The notes: a model not told the origin generated them from the sequence alone. Shown: positions 7,907 through 17,962, counted from the first letter of the stretch. The stretch is DNA of 64,000 nt from Bryobacterales bacterium (GCA_965242625.1 CBDEST010000005.1:1211257-1275256), one strand, 5' to 3'. Program-made: numbers and translations.

Positions 7907-10519
7907 ATGAGACTTCCTGCCTTGACCGCCAGAGCCGGCGCGCTCGCGAGCTGCTTGATCTGGACGGTGTCGGCGTCGGCCGAGGCCCCAGGCACGTCCC
8001 TCCGCAGCGTCGTGAACGGAGTCTCGATGGAGCCTGCCGTGGCGAACGTCGCCCCGGGCGGCATCATTGCGATCCAAGGGACAAGCCTCGCGACGGCCCT
8101 CGTCGAGTCCTCGGCAACGCCGCTGCCGGTCTCTCTTGACTCGCCGACGATTGAGGTGCGGGTCGGCAACAGCGTCGCTCCGCTCTTCTTCGTTTCCCCG
8201 ACCGAGATCAAAGCGCAGGTGCCTTGGGACTTGGAGCCCGGCTGGACCGAGGTGGTCGTCAGCCGCGGGGGCGAGGCGAGTCCCCCGATGCCGCTGCTGA
8301 TCAGTGCGACAGGGCCCGGCCTGTTCACCCAAGCGGGCTCCGGCGCGTTGATTGTCGAGAGCGGTTCCACCGCGCAGAAGCCGACGAACGAGCGCGTTCC
8401 GCGTTCCGCGAGCGCCCCTGCGGCTGCTGCCAGCGACGGGCTTTCGATCACGGCGGGCACAACGCTGACGGTCTTCGGTGCCGGGCTGGGAGCGACGGAT
8501 CCCCCGGCGACAACCGGGGCTACGGCGGCCGGTTCGTCCCCCGTCGCCGCTCAGCGGGCTTTCCTGGGCGGGTTGCCCGTAGGAATCGTTTCAAGCGAGC
8601 TCTCCAGCGAACTCGTCGGCGTCTACGGGCTGCGCTTCAAGGTTCCCGAGCATGCCGAGTCTGGCGAAGTGCTGCATTGGTTCTCCGGCGATAGCCGGAG
8701 CGCGGGCATTCTGGGATCCGGCGGGGCGTTGGCGCCTCGCTACCTCGCCGTGCCCTCCGAGTCGAGCGACGTCAGGCGGATCGACATGACCGACCTCAAT
8801 CCGTACTTCGTCGCTGTTTCGGGGGTGCCCAGCGAGGAAGACTCCTGCTTTCGCAACACGGCGCTGCTGGACTTCAGGCGCTCCAAGACCACCTCGGTCG
8901 CAGATTGCCTGCTGCCCTCGTACATCAACGCTCCGAATACGGCGGCATTCCGTCCCTTCGAGGTCGCTTGGAACACGCCGGTGCTTGCCGCGCTGGCGGA
9001 GCCGACAGGGTCGATCTCCGACGGAGTGACGGACCGGCTCGTCCTAGTCGACAGTGCCGGCGATTCCGTTTCCACGATCGCGCTGGAGAGTGCCGTGGAT
9101 CGCTTGCAATCCAGTCCCGGGAATAACTCCAACCTGCGCTTGGAACGTTCCGGAGGAACCGGCCAGCGGATGGTCGTGACTCCGGCGGGCGAAGGAGCGG
9201 GCGAAATCACTCCATTCGCGCCGTTGCCCGACGAGCTGAGCTTCGAGGGATTGACGCAATCTGTCGCGCAGCCGACGAATTTCGGAGGCGGTTACCGGAT
9301 GCGGTTCCTCGGTCCGGCGGACGGAGGTTCCGGCACGCCGAGGGCCGTGCTCTACGACTCGCGCGCCCGCCCCGTGGGCAACGCCGCATTTCCACAGGGA
9401 TGGGTGCCGCTCGTGCCGGCCAGAGCCGTCAACGCCCAAGGCCAAGCGCAGGGAAATCCCCTCGCTCCCGCAACCGGGGGCTTCCGGGGCGAAGACGCCG
9501 CGTTCGTGCTGGCTCGCTCGTCAGACAACACCCGGCAGGCGGTCGTCGCGTTTCGCGCGCAGCTGCCCGACCCACCGCCGGATACACCACCCAACTCGGT
9601 TGCCGTCTCCGTGTCCTCGACCGAGTTTCCCAGCGGGACGTTCGCCACCGAGTGCAGTCCCGCGGTGCGGTGGAGTCGGATCGGACTGACGCGCAAGGTG
9701 GCGGTCACGGCGGCGGATTCGCGACAGGCGGAGTTCGCGCGCCTTCAAGACAACCGGATCTGCTCGGGCGACCGCTTGGTCCTGTTCGATACGACGAAAT
9801 CCGAAATCAGCACCGTGTCAGCGCCTGGACGGCTGCAAGTCAGCGCTCAAGGAGCTTTGCGAGGGTATCTGTATTTCGCGGACGCCGTGCGCGATGTCGC
9901 TCTGGAAGCGCCTCGCAAGATGTATGTCTTCGACGGCGCTAGCGAGTCGTTCAGCGCGATCGAGTTTCCGGGGAACATCGGCATCACGATCAACCAGCTG
10001 ACCCAAGGAGTCGGCACCCGCTCGCAAATCGTAGCCTTGGCCACCGGGGGTGCGCCCCGTACGAACCCGCGCACGGGCGCAACGCTGCCGCCGCAGGCGG
10101 GCAATCGCGGCTTGCTAGTCGTCGATCTGGCACAGGGGTCAGCGAGACACCTAGCACTGCCGAGCGGGTTCCAGCGCGTAATTCCCGGCGGAGCCAATCT
10201 CGTCCGCCAAGGACGCCGTGGATTCGGACTGATGCCCTTGACCGGTCGCGCCTTCGCTCGCGTCCGGCGGCGGAACATCGGGCCCGGACAGCCCGGGGGA
10301 TCCGCCATGGTGGTCTGGGATGCGTCCAGCGGAACAGCGAGCGAGCTGCCGATGCCAGAGGGTGGCTTCGCGGTGGGCCAGAGGATTGTGGCGGGCGGCG
10401 GTGGCGGCGGAGCTGCGAATCCGTTGCTCTGGGACTATCAACCCAAGAGCGCGGCATTCGCCTACGGGGTGTTCAATCAAGCTGGCGATTTGATTTCGGT
10501 GGGTGTAGTCGGCCCGTAA
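7907..10519 (+). CDS. Secreted protein with N-terminal TIGR03437/IPT-like domain and a C-terminal probable beta-propeller
   Basis: ATG at 7907 is in frame with the 7379 ORF and is followed by a signal peptide. VAPGGIIAIQG, APLFFVSPTEIKAQVP, TVFGAGLGATDPP and LVGVYGLRFKVP match the TIGR03437 pattern. Confidence 0.8.
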   Translation: MRLPALTARAGALASCLIWTVSASAEAPGTSLRSVVNGVSMEPAVANVAPGGIIAIQGTSLATALVESSATPLPVSLDSPTIEVRVGNSVAPLFFVSPTEIKAQVPWDLEPGWTEVVVSRGGEASPPMPLLISATGPGLFTQAGSGALIVESGSTAQKPTNERVPRSASAPAAAASDGLSITAGTTLTVFGAGLGATDPPATTGATAAGSSPVAAQRAFLGGLPVGIVSSELSSELVGVYGLRFKVPEHAESGEVLHWFSGDSRSAGILGSGGALAPRYLAVPSESSDVRRIDMTDLNPYFVAVSGVPSEEDSCFRNTALLDFRRSKTTSVADCLLPSYINAPNTAAFRPFEVAWNTPVLAALAEPTGSISDGVTDRLVLVDSAGDSVSTIALESAVDRLQSSPGNNSNLRLERSGGTGQRMVVTPAGEGAGEITPFAPLPDELSFEGLTQSVAQPTNFGGGYRMRFLGPADGGSGTPRAVLYDSRARPVGNAAFPQGWVPLVPARAVNAQGQAQGNPLAPATGGFRGEDAAFVLARSSDNTRQAVVAFRAQLPDPPPDTPPNSVAVSVSSTEFPSGTFATECSPAVRWSRIGLTRKVAVTAADSRQAEFARLQDNRICSGDRLVLFDTTKSEISTVSAPGRLQVSAQGALRGYLYFADAVRDVALEAPRKMYVFDGASESFSAIEFPGNIGITINQLTQGVGTRSQIVALATGGAPRTNPRTGATLPPQAGNRGLLVVDLAQGSARHLALPSGFQRVIPGGANLVRQGRRGFGLMPLTGRAFARVRRRNIGPGQPGGSAMVVWDASSGTASELPMPEGGFAVGQRIVAGGGGGGAANPLLWDYQPKSAAFAYGVFNQAGDLISVGVVGP

Positions 10520-10607
10520 CGCCAAACGCGAATCGCTCGCGCTTTGCTTCGGTCGGGGACACTCGCTCCGGCGGTCGACGGCTCAAGCACTATGCCCGGA
10601 CTAGCGG

Positions 10608-10658
10608 GGCTCCGTTAGTGAGGGCTGCATTCGGCGGGCAGCCGCTCTGGACGGAGCC
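10608..10658. terminator. GC-rich hairpin, possible terminator or RNA stability element after the TBDR operon
   Basis: GGCTCCGT...ACGGAGCC outer stem and GGCTGC...GCAGCC inner stem; no U-tract. Confidence 0.35.
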
Positions 10659-10698
10659 TCGCAGGCAGCTATTCCAGCGGGCGATTTGCCTGCGCCAT

Positions 10699-10727
10699 TT
10701 GACAGTGGGTGGGGCCGGGCTTACGAT
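10699..10727 (+). promoter_or_regulatory. Near-consensus sigma70 promoter
   Basis: TTGACA (10699-10704), 17-bp spacer, TACGAT (10722-10727), upstream of the ORF at 10757. Confidence 0.75.
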
Positions 10728-10756
10728 GAGGCCCGAACCGGGAGAGGATCGCAGGG

Positions 10757-11413
10757 ATGCTCGCTGACACTGTCGATTGCACACAACGAGGCTCGCTCCG
10801 GCGGATCCCCTTCGTAGCTGCGTTAGTCGTCGGTACGATCTCGGGACTGCCGGAATTCGGTCTTGCCCAGACGAAAACGGTGCATATTCCAGAGGCTGTG
10901 GGAAGTGCCAGCTTTCGAACCCATCTCAACGCTGCATTCGGACGACTGAAAATTCCCTTGGCAATTGCCAGCGAATCTCGCGATGCCGACTACGTCTTGC
11001 GATCCTTTGCCGTGTCCCGCGAGGATCGGAAGAAGAAGTGGCACGAAGGCGTCCTCTCGCCGCAACAGGAAACGTTCGCAGCCGCCGTCGAGCTATTGGA
11101 CCGCTGCGGGGACGTCGCTTGGAGCGAGACAGCGGGCGATCTTCCGTCGATTCAAGCTGGGGCTGGAGTGCTTGTATTCGACCAGCGGAAAAAGGTCGTA
11201 GGCATGCCTGAAAGCCTGCCTGATGGGAACGCTGCTGAAGTGAGGGTGAGCATGGATCGCATCGTGGGTGCGGCGTTCAAGGGCGGACCGCAGAAAGCGG
11301 CCAATCGCATCGCGCGCAGGCTGCGCACCGCGATACGCAACGGTGAGGTTCGCGTATCACCCCGATCATGCCCGCAAGCACCGACCCGATCACAGCCGAC
11401 CGCCATTCCGTAG
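10757..11413 (+). CDS. Hypothetical exported protein
   Basis: 218-aa ORF with an N-terminal hydrophobic/signal segment, GGAGAGG RBS and its own promoter; no motif recognised. Confidence 0.65.
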   Translation: MLADTVDCTQRGSLRRIPFVAALVVGTISGLPEFGLAQTKTVHIPEAVGSASFRTHLNAAFGRLKIPLAIASESRDADYVLRSFAVSREDRKKKWHEGVLSPQQETFAAAVELLDRCGDVAWSETAGDLPSIQAGAGVLVFDQRKKVVGMPESLPDGNAAEVRVSMDRIVGAAFKGGPQKAANRIARRLRTAIRNGEVRVSPRSCPQAPTRSQPTAIP

Positions 11414-11619
11414 GCAGGTCGCGAACCGTCCGTACAAGAACTCGCTGCTTCGCTACCGCCCTATCAATTCGCCGCGGAGACGGACCGGAACGCTACCGCA
11501 CTCGAAAGGGCTGAGCGACCTACCGACGGAAACCCAAGCATGCCGCGCGGGCCGCTGACTGAACCCGGTGCCAGACGCACGCGCACTAGACCGGAAAGCG
11601 AAACGCTGTGCGCGGGCCG

Positions 11620-11850
11620 TCAGTTCATGCCGCACATGCCGCCCATGCAAGCGGATTCGCCGCACCGGCCTTCCGCAGGCGTCGGGCAAGCGTCCGGCAT
11701 GTTGTTCGCGGACTGCGCGGCGAAGGTGGAATAGACCTTCTCGATCTCGGGACTGCCGCAATCGCAACGGTCGGGCTCCGGCTGCGAACCCATGACCAAG
11801 GTCTCGAACCGGCTTTCGCATTCGTTGCATTGATACTCGTAGATCGGCAT
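11620..11850 (-). CDS. FmdB-family zinc-ribbon protein
   Basis: MPIYEYQCNEC...RFE...CDCGS, plus a Cys-rich C-terminal tail. Confidence 0.88.
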   Translation of the reverse strand: MPIYEYQCNECESRFETLVMGSQPEPDRCDCGSPEIEKVYSTFAAQSANNMPDACPTPAEGRCGESACMGGMCGMN

Positions 11851-11856
11851 GGGCGC

Positions 11857-11862
11857 ATTATA
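11857..11862 (-). promoter_or_regulatory. -10 box of a probable leaderless promoter for the FmdB-family gene
   Basis: Minus strand reads ggTATAATgcgcccATG; the box overlaps the TAA stop of the upstream gene. Confidence 0.6.
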
Positions 11863-14596
11863 CCGTGCGGTCATCCGGAGACGCTTCCGCTAGGAACGCG
11901 CGGACAGCCTGGCGACCGGCGCGCCGATTCCCATTCAGGACCGCGGCATCCAACCGCTGGCCCTGAATCGCGAGCACGCTACCGTCGGATCGCGCGTGGA
12001 GCAGGACGGGAATGGCCTGAGCCTCACTACGGACGGCAGCCGTGAAGCCCTCCGCCCGAAATCGCGTGCGGGCCGGGGTCTCGCCGATCGGATTGTCTGC
12101 GAAGCTAACGACCGCGTAACCCATGTCCAATGCGTCTTGTATGCGCGGGAGAAGTTGCCCGTCGCCGGGCGCGACCAGCGCGTCCAGCAGAAACGCCTCG
12201 GCTGGTCCGAGAGCGTCGAATCCAGTGCGATCCGCAAACACGAACGGGGAGCGGAACGCCGTGGCGATCAGCAGCGGGTCCGCGCGGTGGGCGCGGTTGA
12301 CAAGCACCACGCAGCCCGACTCGCCACTCAATTGGCCGTCCAGCGGCACCCCGTCGAACTTCAAGAGCGCACGCGCCCCCAGCGCAGCTGCGTGGCGCGC
12401 CATGCCGGGGGTCGGCGCCAAGCGTGCGAGCATCCCGCAGCTGATGGCCGCGGAACCGCTCAACACGCTCGCGGACGCGGCCCTGAGGCCGCTTCCAAGC
12501 CGTGCCCCCCCGCGGACCGCTGCGTGAACAGTGCCCTTGATCCAGAGCTTGGCGAGCTGCGTGCGAGGCGAAGCGATCCGAGTATTCGAGAACGCCCCGG
12601 ATTCGTAGAGTCGACGGGACTCCACGCGCTGAATCTTGCCGCTAGACGTCTTCGGCACGCTCCCGGGAGGGACCAAGACCACATCGTCCGGAGGGATGCC
12701 GATCTTGCTGGCGACCTCCTCCGTAGCGCTCTCGCGGATCCGCTTGCGCTCGGCCGCGTCCTTTACCCGGGTCTCGGCGACGATCACGAGCCGCTCGGTG
12801 CCCGAACCGGGATCCAAGCTGCCGAACGCCGCCACGCACCCCTTGCGAACGCCATCGGCCGCCCACGTGGCCATCTCGACGTCTTGGGGGATGATGTTGC
12901 GACCGCCCTTGATGATGCAGTCCTTCAGGCGGCCCGTCACGAAGAGCTCGCCGTCGGCGATGTAGCCCAAGTCGCCCGAGTCCAGCCACCCGTCGGCGTC
13001 AAGCACCTCGCTTGTCGCCCGCGCGTTCCGGAAGTACCCGTCGGTTCTCGAGGGCCCGCGAAACACGATCCGGCCCCGAGTGCGCTCCGGGACAGCGTGG
13101 CCGTCATCTCCGACAACCCGCACTTCGTGGTCGGGCAAGGCCCGGCCGTTGCCGACGAATTCCAAGAATCCGGGCGACTCCGTGGAGCGGGTCGGGACAG
13201 CCTTGCCGTCCTCCTCGAAAGCCGCTCTGTCGATGCGATCCACGAGCGGTCCGCGCCAGAGCGGCGGATAGGTCAAGGCGACCGAGGACTCCGCTAGACC
13301 GTAGTACGGCATGAAGGCGCGCGCATCGAATCCCCACTCGCGAAATCGGTCGGTGAACCTCGCGAGCGTAGCGGGCAGTACCGGCTCGCCGGCGTTGATG
13401 GCGACACGCCACGGAGACAGATCGACGCCCTCCATGGCTTGGTCGGTGATCTTGCGGACGCACAGCTCGAAGGCGAAGTTCGGTGCCGGGCACAGCGTGC
13501 CCTTGGAATCGCTCATCGCCCACAGCCATCGTTCGGGTCGCAGCAAGAAATCCAGAGGCGAGAGTACGGTGATGGGCAAGCCGTGAAAGAGGCTGAATAG
13601 CCAAGAGCCGATCAAGCCCATGTCGTGATAGAGCGGCAACCAGCTGACTACGGTGTCGGAGGGCTTGACCTGGACAGACCAACCGATGCCGCGGATGTTG
13701 GCCAGAACATTGGCGTGGGTCAGGGCAACGCCCTTGGGATTGCCCGTGCTGCCCGACGTGTACTGGATGAAGAAGATGTCGGCGGGGTCCACGTCGGGAA
13801 GCCCGCCTCCCCGGCCCCGCTCTTCAAGTTCCGGGGCACTGACAGCCTCGCGCAACGAAGGGAGATCCCTCCCCAGTGCGCTGGCCACGGCCCGAATCCG
13901 GTCGAAGGAGATCAGAAAGCGCGCATCGGCGTTCTGCAAGATCGCCGTTTGGCGGCGCACGTACTGTTCGATCTGACTTGCGCGAGCGGGCGGGTAGACC
14001 GGAACCGCGATGCCGCCAGCCAGCGTCACGCCCAAGAAGCTGGTGAAGAATGCCTCGCAAGTCGGGAGCATGATGGCCACAGTCTGGCCGGGCTCGAGTC
14101 CCGATTCCACCAAGCCGGCGGCAACTCGGGAAGCACTCGCGAAGAGCCTCGCGTGGCTGATGTCCACGCCGTCGTCGCGGTCCAAGAGGTGAATATGAAC
14201 CCGAGCAGGATCCCTTTCGACTTGGTGCCGCAGGACCTCCGCGAACGACGCGGCGGCTGTTGGCGCCGGATGGGCCTCGCGCGCCGGCTGCACGATCGGC
14301 CAGCGCTCCGCGCGCATTGCTTCGTCTCCGGCCTCGCGAACCGCGCGGACCCAATCCGCTGGCGTCTCCGCATTGCGGATCTCGACTTCGGGCAAGCGCG
14401 TGCCGACAGCCGACTCGACCCGCACCAGCAGTTCGACGCGTTCGAGGCTTCCCAGACCGAGGTCGCCGTCAAGCCGCGAATGCAGCGCTACCCGTCCCGC
14501 GGCCCGGTCGCCGCCGAGTTCCCGAACCACCGACGCGACCGCGCCGAGGACAGCGGCCTCGGTCGGGTCGGTCGAGGTGGGCGAAGGGGATTGCAT
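11858..14596 (-). CDS. ACP / fatty acyl-AMP ligase / acyltransferase-like fusion
   Basis: N-terminal ACP (DLGLGSLERVEL), FAAL motifs QYTSGSTGNPKG, SWLPLYHDMGLIG, YGLAE and PKTSSGK, and a degenerate C-terminal PlsC-like domain. Confidence 0.88.
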   Translation of the reverse strand: MQSPSPTSTDPTEAAVLGAVASVVRELGGDRAAGRVALHSRLDGDLGLGSLERVELLVRVESAVGTRLPEVEIRNAETPADWVRAVREAGDEAMRAERWPIVQPAREAHPAPTAAASFAEVLRHQVERDPARVHIHLLDRDDGVDISHARLFASASRVAAGLVESGLEPGQTVAIMLPTCEAFFTSFLGVTLAGGIAVPVYPPARASQIEQYVRRQTAILQNADARFLISFDRIRAVASALGRDLPSLREAVSAPELEERGRGGGLPDVDPADIFFIQYTSGSTGNPKGVALTHANVLANIRGIGWSVQVKPSDTVVSWLPLYHDMGLIGSWLFSLFHGLPITVLSPLDFLLRPERWLWAMSDSKGTLCPAPNFAFELCVRKITDQAMEGVDLSPWRVAINAGEPVLPATLARFTDRFREWGFDARAFMPYYGLAESSVALTYPPLWRGPLVDRIDRAAFEEDGKAVPTRSTESPGFLEFVGNGRALPDHEVRVVGDDGHAVPERTRGRIVFRGPSRTDGYFRNARATSEVLDADGWLDSGDLGYIADGELFVTGRLKDCIIKGGRNIIPQDVEMATWAADGVRKGCVAAFGSLDPGSGTERLVIVAETRVKDAAERKRIRESATEEVASKIGIPPDDVVLVPPGSVPKTSSGKIQRVESRRLYESGAFSNTRIASPRTQLAKLWIKGTVHAAVRGGARLGSGLRAASASVLSGSAAISCGMLARLAPTPGMARHAAALGARALLKFDGVPLDGQLSGESGCVVLVNRAHRADPLLIATAFRSPFVFADRTGFDALGPAEAFLLDALVAPGDGQLLPRIQDALDMGYAVVSFADNPIGETPARTRFRAEGFTAAVRSEAQAIPVLLHARSDGSVLAIQGQRLDAAVLNGNRRAGRQAVRAFLAEASPDDRTV

Positions 14597-14632
14597 CCCT
14601 GCGTTCTCCTAGCCTAGCGCGGGCCCGCTCAG

Positions 14633-15451
14633 GTGCGACGATGGAACCGAAGGCGGTTGCATCGACTCGTGCGTCCCTGCTTAGCGCGCATTCAGATCTA
14701 TCCGATCAAGTCGCTTGATCCACGGAACCTCGAGAAGGCTGAGGTCGTCGATGGCGCAGGCCTGCGGGGTGATCGCGAGTTCGCTTTCTTCGAGGCCGGA
14801 GACAAGGTCCTGAACGCGAAGCGCGCCCGCGAGCGACTGCTTGCCGTTCGGGCGATCTATGACGAAGAGGGCACGCGGGTCGAACTGCGCACAACCGAGA
14901 GCAACGGCCGATTCGACCTAGCGGGCGACCGCAAGCCCGCCGAGACATTTGTGGGCGAGTGGCTCGGACGCCCGCTGGAGCTGCGCCGGGATGGCGTGCT
15001 CGGATTCCCGGACGATCCGGAGGCATCCGGCCCGACAGTCGCGGGCACGGGATCCGTGGAACTCGTGGCGCAGTGGTTCGGCTGGGAGGCCGACGAGGTA
15101 CGGCGGCGGTTCCGAACCAACCTAGAGATCTCCGGTCTCCGACCGTTTGAGGAGGACCTGCTGTTCGGACCGCCGGGAGAGCCGCGTCGCTTTCGGATCG
15201 GCGATGTTGAACTGCGGGGAACCAATCCCTGCGCTCGTTGCGTTGTTCCAAGCTTGGACTCGCGAGGGGGTGCATCGAAGGATATCCAGTTCGCTCGAAA
15301 GTTCGCCGGTCTCCGCGAACGCCATGCACCGGCAGGGTCAGCGATCCACCGCTACGGCCACTACTACAAATTCGCCGTCAACACGCGTCTGGCATCGGAG
15401 CAAGGGGGAAGATCGCTGCGCGTAGGTGACGAATTTGAACTTCTTGATTGA
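14633..15451 (+). CDS. MOSC domain protein (YcbX/mARC-like)
   Basis: IYPIKSL, GDREFA, RRFRTNL, PCARCVVP and LRVGD motifs; the start may be GTG 14669. Confidence 0.88.
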   Translation: MRRWNRRRLHRLVRPCLARIQIYPIKSLDPRNLEKAEVVDGAGLRGDREFAFFEAGDKVLNAKRARERLLAVRAIYDEEGTRVELRTTESNGRFDLAGDRKPAETFVGEWLGRPLELRRDGVLGFPDDPEASGPTVAGTGSVELVAQWFGWEADEVRRRFRTNLEISGLRPFEEDLLFGPPGEPRRFRIGDVELRGTNPCARCVVPSLDSRGGASKDIQFARKFAGLRERHAPAGSAIHRYGHYYKFAVNTRLASEQGGRSLRVGDEFELLD

Positions 15452-15538
15452 TGGCGCAGGGTCGCGAGCGGCCCGCGACGGTGTCCGTGAATCTGTCGAC
15501 TTGTAGAACGTACGCGAGATTCCGGATAAGATTCTCAG

Positions 15539-16963
15539 ATGGCAAGATTGGATCGTCGCAGCTTTCTCGCAAGTGTCGCGCTTGGGGGCTCGCAGCCAGT
15601 ACTGGCGGCCGAGCCGAAACCACTCAACTTGCTGTTCGTGCTCGCCGATCAGTGGCGCTCGAGCGCGTTCGGGTTCGGATCCGACCGGGTGGTAAGGACG
15701 CCTCACTTCGATCAGCTCGCCGCGCAGGGAGCGAACTGGAGACGGGCCTACGCCGCGAATCCGGTTTGCACTCCGAACCGCGCCTGCATTCTGACCGGTC
15801 GCTATTCGCACCAGACCGGGATGATTCGCAACGACCTGCAGTTGCCGCCATCGGAAGCCTGCTGGCCGGAGGCGTTTCGGGAGGCAGGGTACGCCACTCA
15901 CTATGTCGGTAAGTGGCATCTGGACGGCGCACCGAAGCCAGGCTTCGTGCCGGCCGGATGGCGCCGGCGCGGGTTCGAGACTTTCGAGGGATTCAACCGC
16001 GGTCATGTGTATCACAGCCCGTGGGGATTCGATGATCGTGGGGAGCCTCTCGCCGAGCGGTTTGGAGAAGCCCCGGACGGGTACTACGAGCCGACCGCGC
16101 AGACCGACGCGGCGATCGCATTCATGAATCGCAACCGGCAGCGGCCCTTCGCCTGCTACCTGTCCTGGGGCCCGCCGCACACGCCGTTCCGGCCTCCTCG
16201 CCCGTTCCGCCGTTACGAAGCGGGCGAGATCGAGTTGCGGCCGAACGTACCCGAGGAGCACCGCGTCAAAGCGATCAGGGACTTGGTCGGCTACTACGGT
16301 CTGTGCGAATCGCTCGATCACGAACTGGGACGCCTCACCGCGTTTCTGGACGAGACGGGCCTGGCCGACAATACCTTGATGGTCTTCACCTCGGACCACG
16401 GCGAACTGGCAGGCTCCCACGGCAAGTACCGCAAAGGGGAGCCGGAGGACGAGTCCCTGCGCGTCCCGCTATTGATGAAATTGCCGGGACGGATTCCAGC
16501 CGACAGCGCGCCCGGAACGTTGATTAGTTCCGTGGATCTGATGCCGACGCTGCTTTCGCTGTGCCGCTTGCCGGCCCCGACAACCTGTGCGGGGCGCGAT
16601 CTGTCCGGGGCCGTGCTGGCGGGCCAGGACAGCCCCCGTGTCGAATCGGTCTATTGCGAGGGGAAGGTTTCCGCCAGCCCCTCCGCTCTGCCGAACGCCA
16701 ACAGCCCCGAGCAAGGGCCGTGGCGCGCGATTGTGACGGATCGACACAAGCTCGTCGTTCGGGGGAACTACACGAACGTGAGGGGCCTTTTCGATCTCCG
16801 CGAGGATCCGTGGGAACTGCGCAATCTAGCCAACGACTCGCGCCTGAAAGCCGTGCAGAGCGACCTGCTCGGCGCGTTGCGGGACTGGGGCCTCGCGACC
16901 GGGGACGCTTTTCCCGACAAGATCAAGGCAGCGCAGGTCGAGTACAAGGTGGAAAGCGGGTAA
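15539..16963 (+). CDS. Tat-exported FGly-type sulfatase
   Basis: DRRSFL twin-arginine leader, CTPNR (CxPxR), GKWHL and FTSDHG. Confidence 0.92.
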   Translation: MARLDRRSFLASVALGGSQPVLAAEPKPLNLLFVLADQWRSSAFGFGSDRVVRTPHFDQLAAQGANWRRAYAANPVCTPNRACILTGRYSHQTGMIRNDLQLPPSEACWPEAFREAGYATHYVGKWHLDGAPKPGFVPAGWRRRGFETFEGFNRGHVYHSPWGFDDRGEPLAERFGEAPDGYYEPTAQTDAAIAFMNRNRQRPFACYLSWGPPHTPFRPPRPFRRYEAGEIELRPNVPEEHRVKAIRDLVGYYGLCESLDHELGRLTAFLDETGLADNTLMVFTSDHGELAGSHGKYRKGEPEDESLRVPLLMKLPGRIPADSAPGTLISSVDLMPTLLSLCRLPAPTTCAGRDLSGAVLAGQDSPRVESVYCEGKVSASPSALPNANSPEQGPWRAIVTDRHKLVVRGNYTNVRGLFDLREDPWELRNLANDSRLKAVQSDLLGALRDWGLATGDAFPDKIKAAQVEYKVESG

Positions 16964-17182
16964 TGCGCGGAAACGCGTTTCGCTGGCAGCCTGATCTCGT
17001 GCGGAAACGGCTCGCGCATAGGCGCGGGTCAACCGGTCAGCAGCGTACTGCGCGATCTACGCCCAAAGCAAGCCATGGGGGTGTAACATGTTCGCTATCA
17101 GTGGTTTACAGAGCCTTCAGCCGTGGCTGACAGCGGCTGGTAAACTACGGATTCGGGTCGGTTCTTAGGACTCGTAGCCAGC

Positions 17183-17962
17183 ATGCGGATTCTATTCGTC
17201 GGTGACATCGTGGGGCGGCCCGGACGCCGGGCGGTGTTTACGACGCTGCCGCGCATCGTGGCGGACGAGGGCATCGACCTGACCATCGCCAACTGCGAGA
17301 ACTCCGCCGCCGGATTCGGAATCACTTCCAAGATCGCCGGCCAGCTGCTCGACTCGGGCGTTCACGTGCTCACTTCGGGCAATCACATCTGGGACAAGAA
17401 GGAATCGCTGGGCTACATCGACTCGCAGCCGCGCTTGCTGCGCCCGGCGAACTATCCCGATGCGCCCGGCTCCGGCGTGTATGTCGGACAGACCGCCTCG
17501 GCAGTGCGGTACGCCGTCATCAACCTGCAAGGCCGCGTCTACATGCCGCAAACCGACTGCCCGTTCCGCTGCGCGGACCGCTTGCTCGCCGATCTCGACC
17601 CGGAAATCGCGGTACGCTTCGTGGACTTCCACGCCGAGGTTACCAGCGAAAAGACCGCGTTCGGCATCTATCTCGACGGGCGGGCGAGCGCGGTGGTCGG
17701 CACGCACACGCACGTGCCGACCGCTGACGAGCGGGTGCTCTCGGGCGGCACGGCGTACATCACCGACACGGGCATGACAGGCCCGATCCACTCGGTCATC
17801 GGCATGACTACCGAGGCCGCCTTGAAACGGTTTCTCACCGCGATGCCGGTACGGTTCGAACCGGCATCGGGCCGGGTGCGACTCAACGCCGTCGTGATCG
17901 ATGTGAACGACAGCACCGGCAAGGCGCTCTCGATCCGGCGGCTCGCGGCGGAGTGCGCCTAG
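17183..17962 (+). CDS. ymdB: TIGR00282 / YmdB-family metallophosphoesterase
   Basis: MRILFVGDIVGRPGR, TSGNHIWD, DFHAE, VGTHTHV and TDTGMTGP. Confidence 0.9.
   Translation: MRILFVGDIVGRPGRRAVFTTLPRIVADEGIDLTIANCENSAAGFGITSKIAGQLLDSGVHVLTSGNHIWDKKESLGYIDSQPRLLRPANYPDAPGSGVYVGQTASAVRYAVINLQGRVYMPQTDCPFRCADRLLADLDPEIAVRFVDFHAEVTSEKTAFGIYLDGRASAVVGTHTHVPTADERVLSGGTAYITDTGMTGPIHSVIGMTTEAALKRFLTAMPVRFEPASGRVRLNAVVIDVNDSTGKALSIRRLAAECA

Noticed and set aside
16964-17182. Possible 6S RNA upstream of the ymdB-like gene
   Set aside because: The location is suggestive, but I could not see the long irregular hairpin with a central bubble; only a TGnTAAACT promoter-like box is evident.
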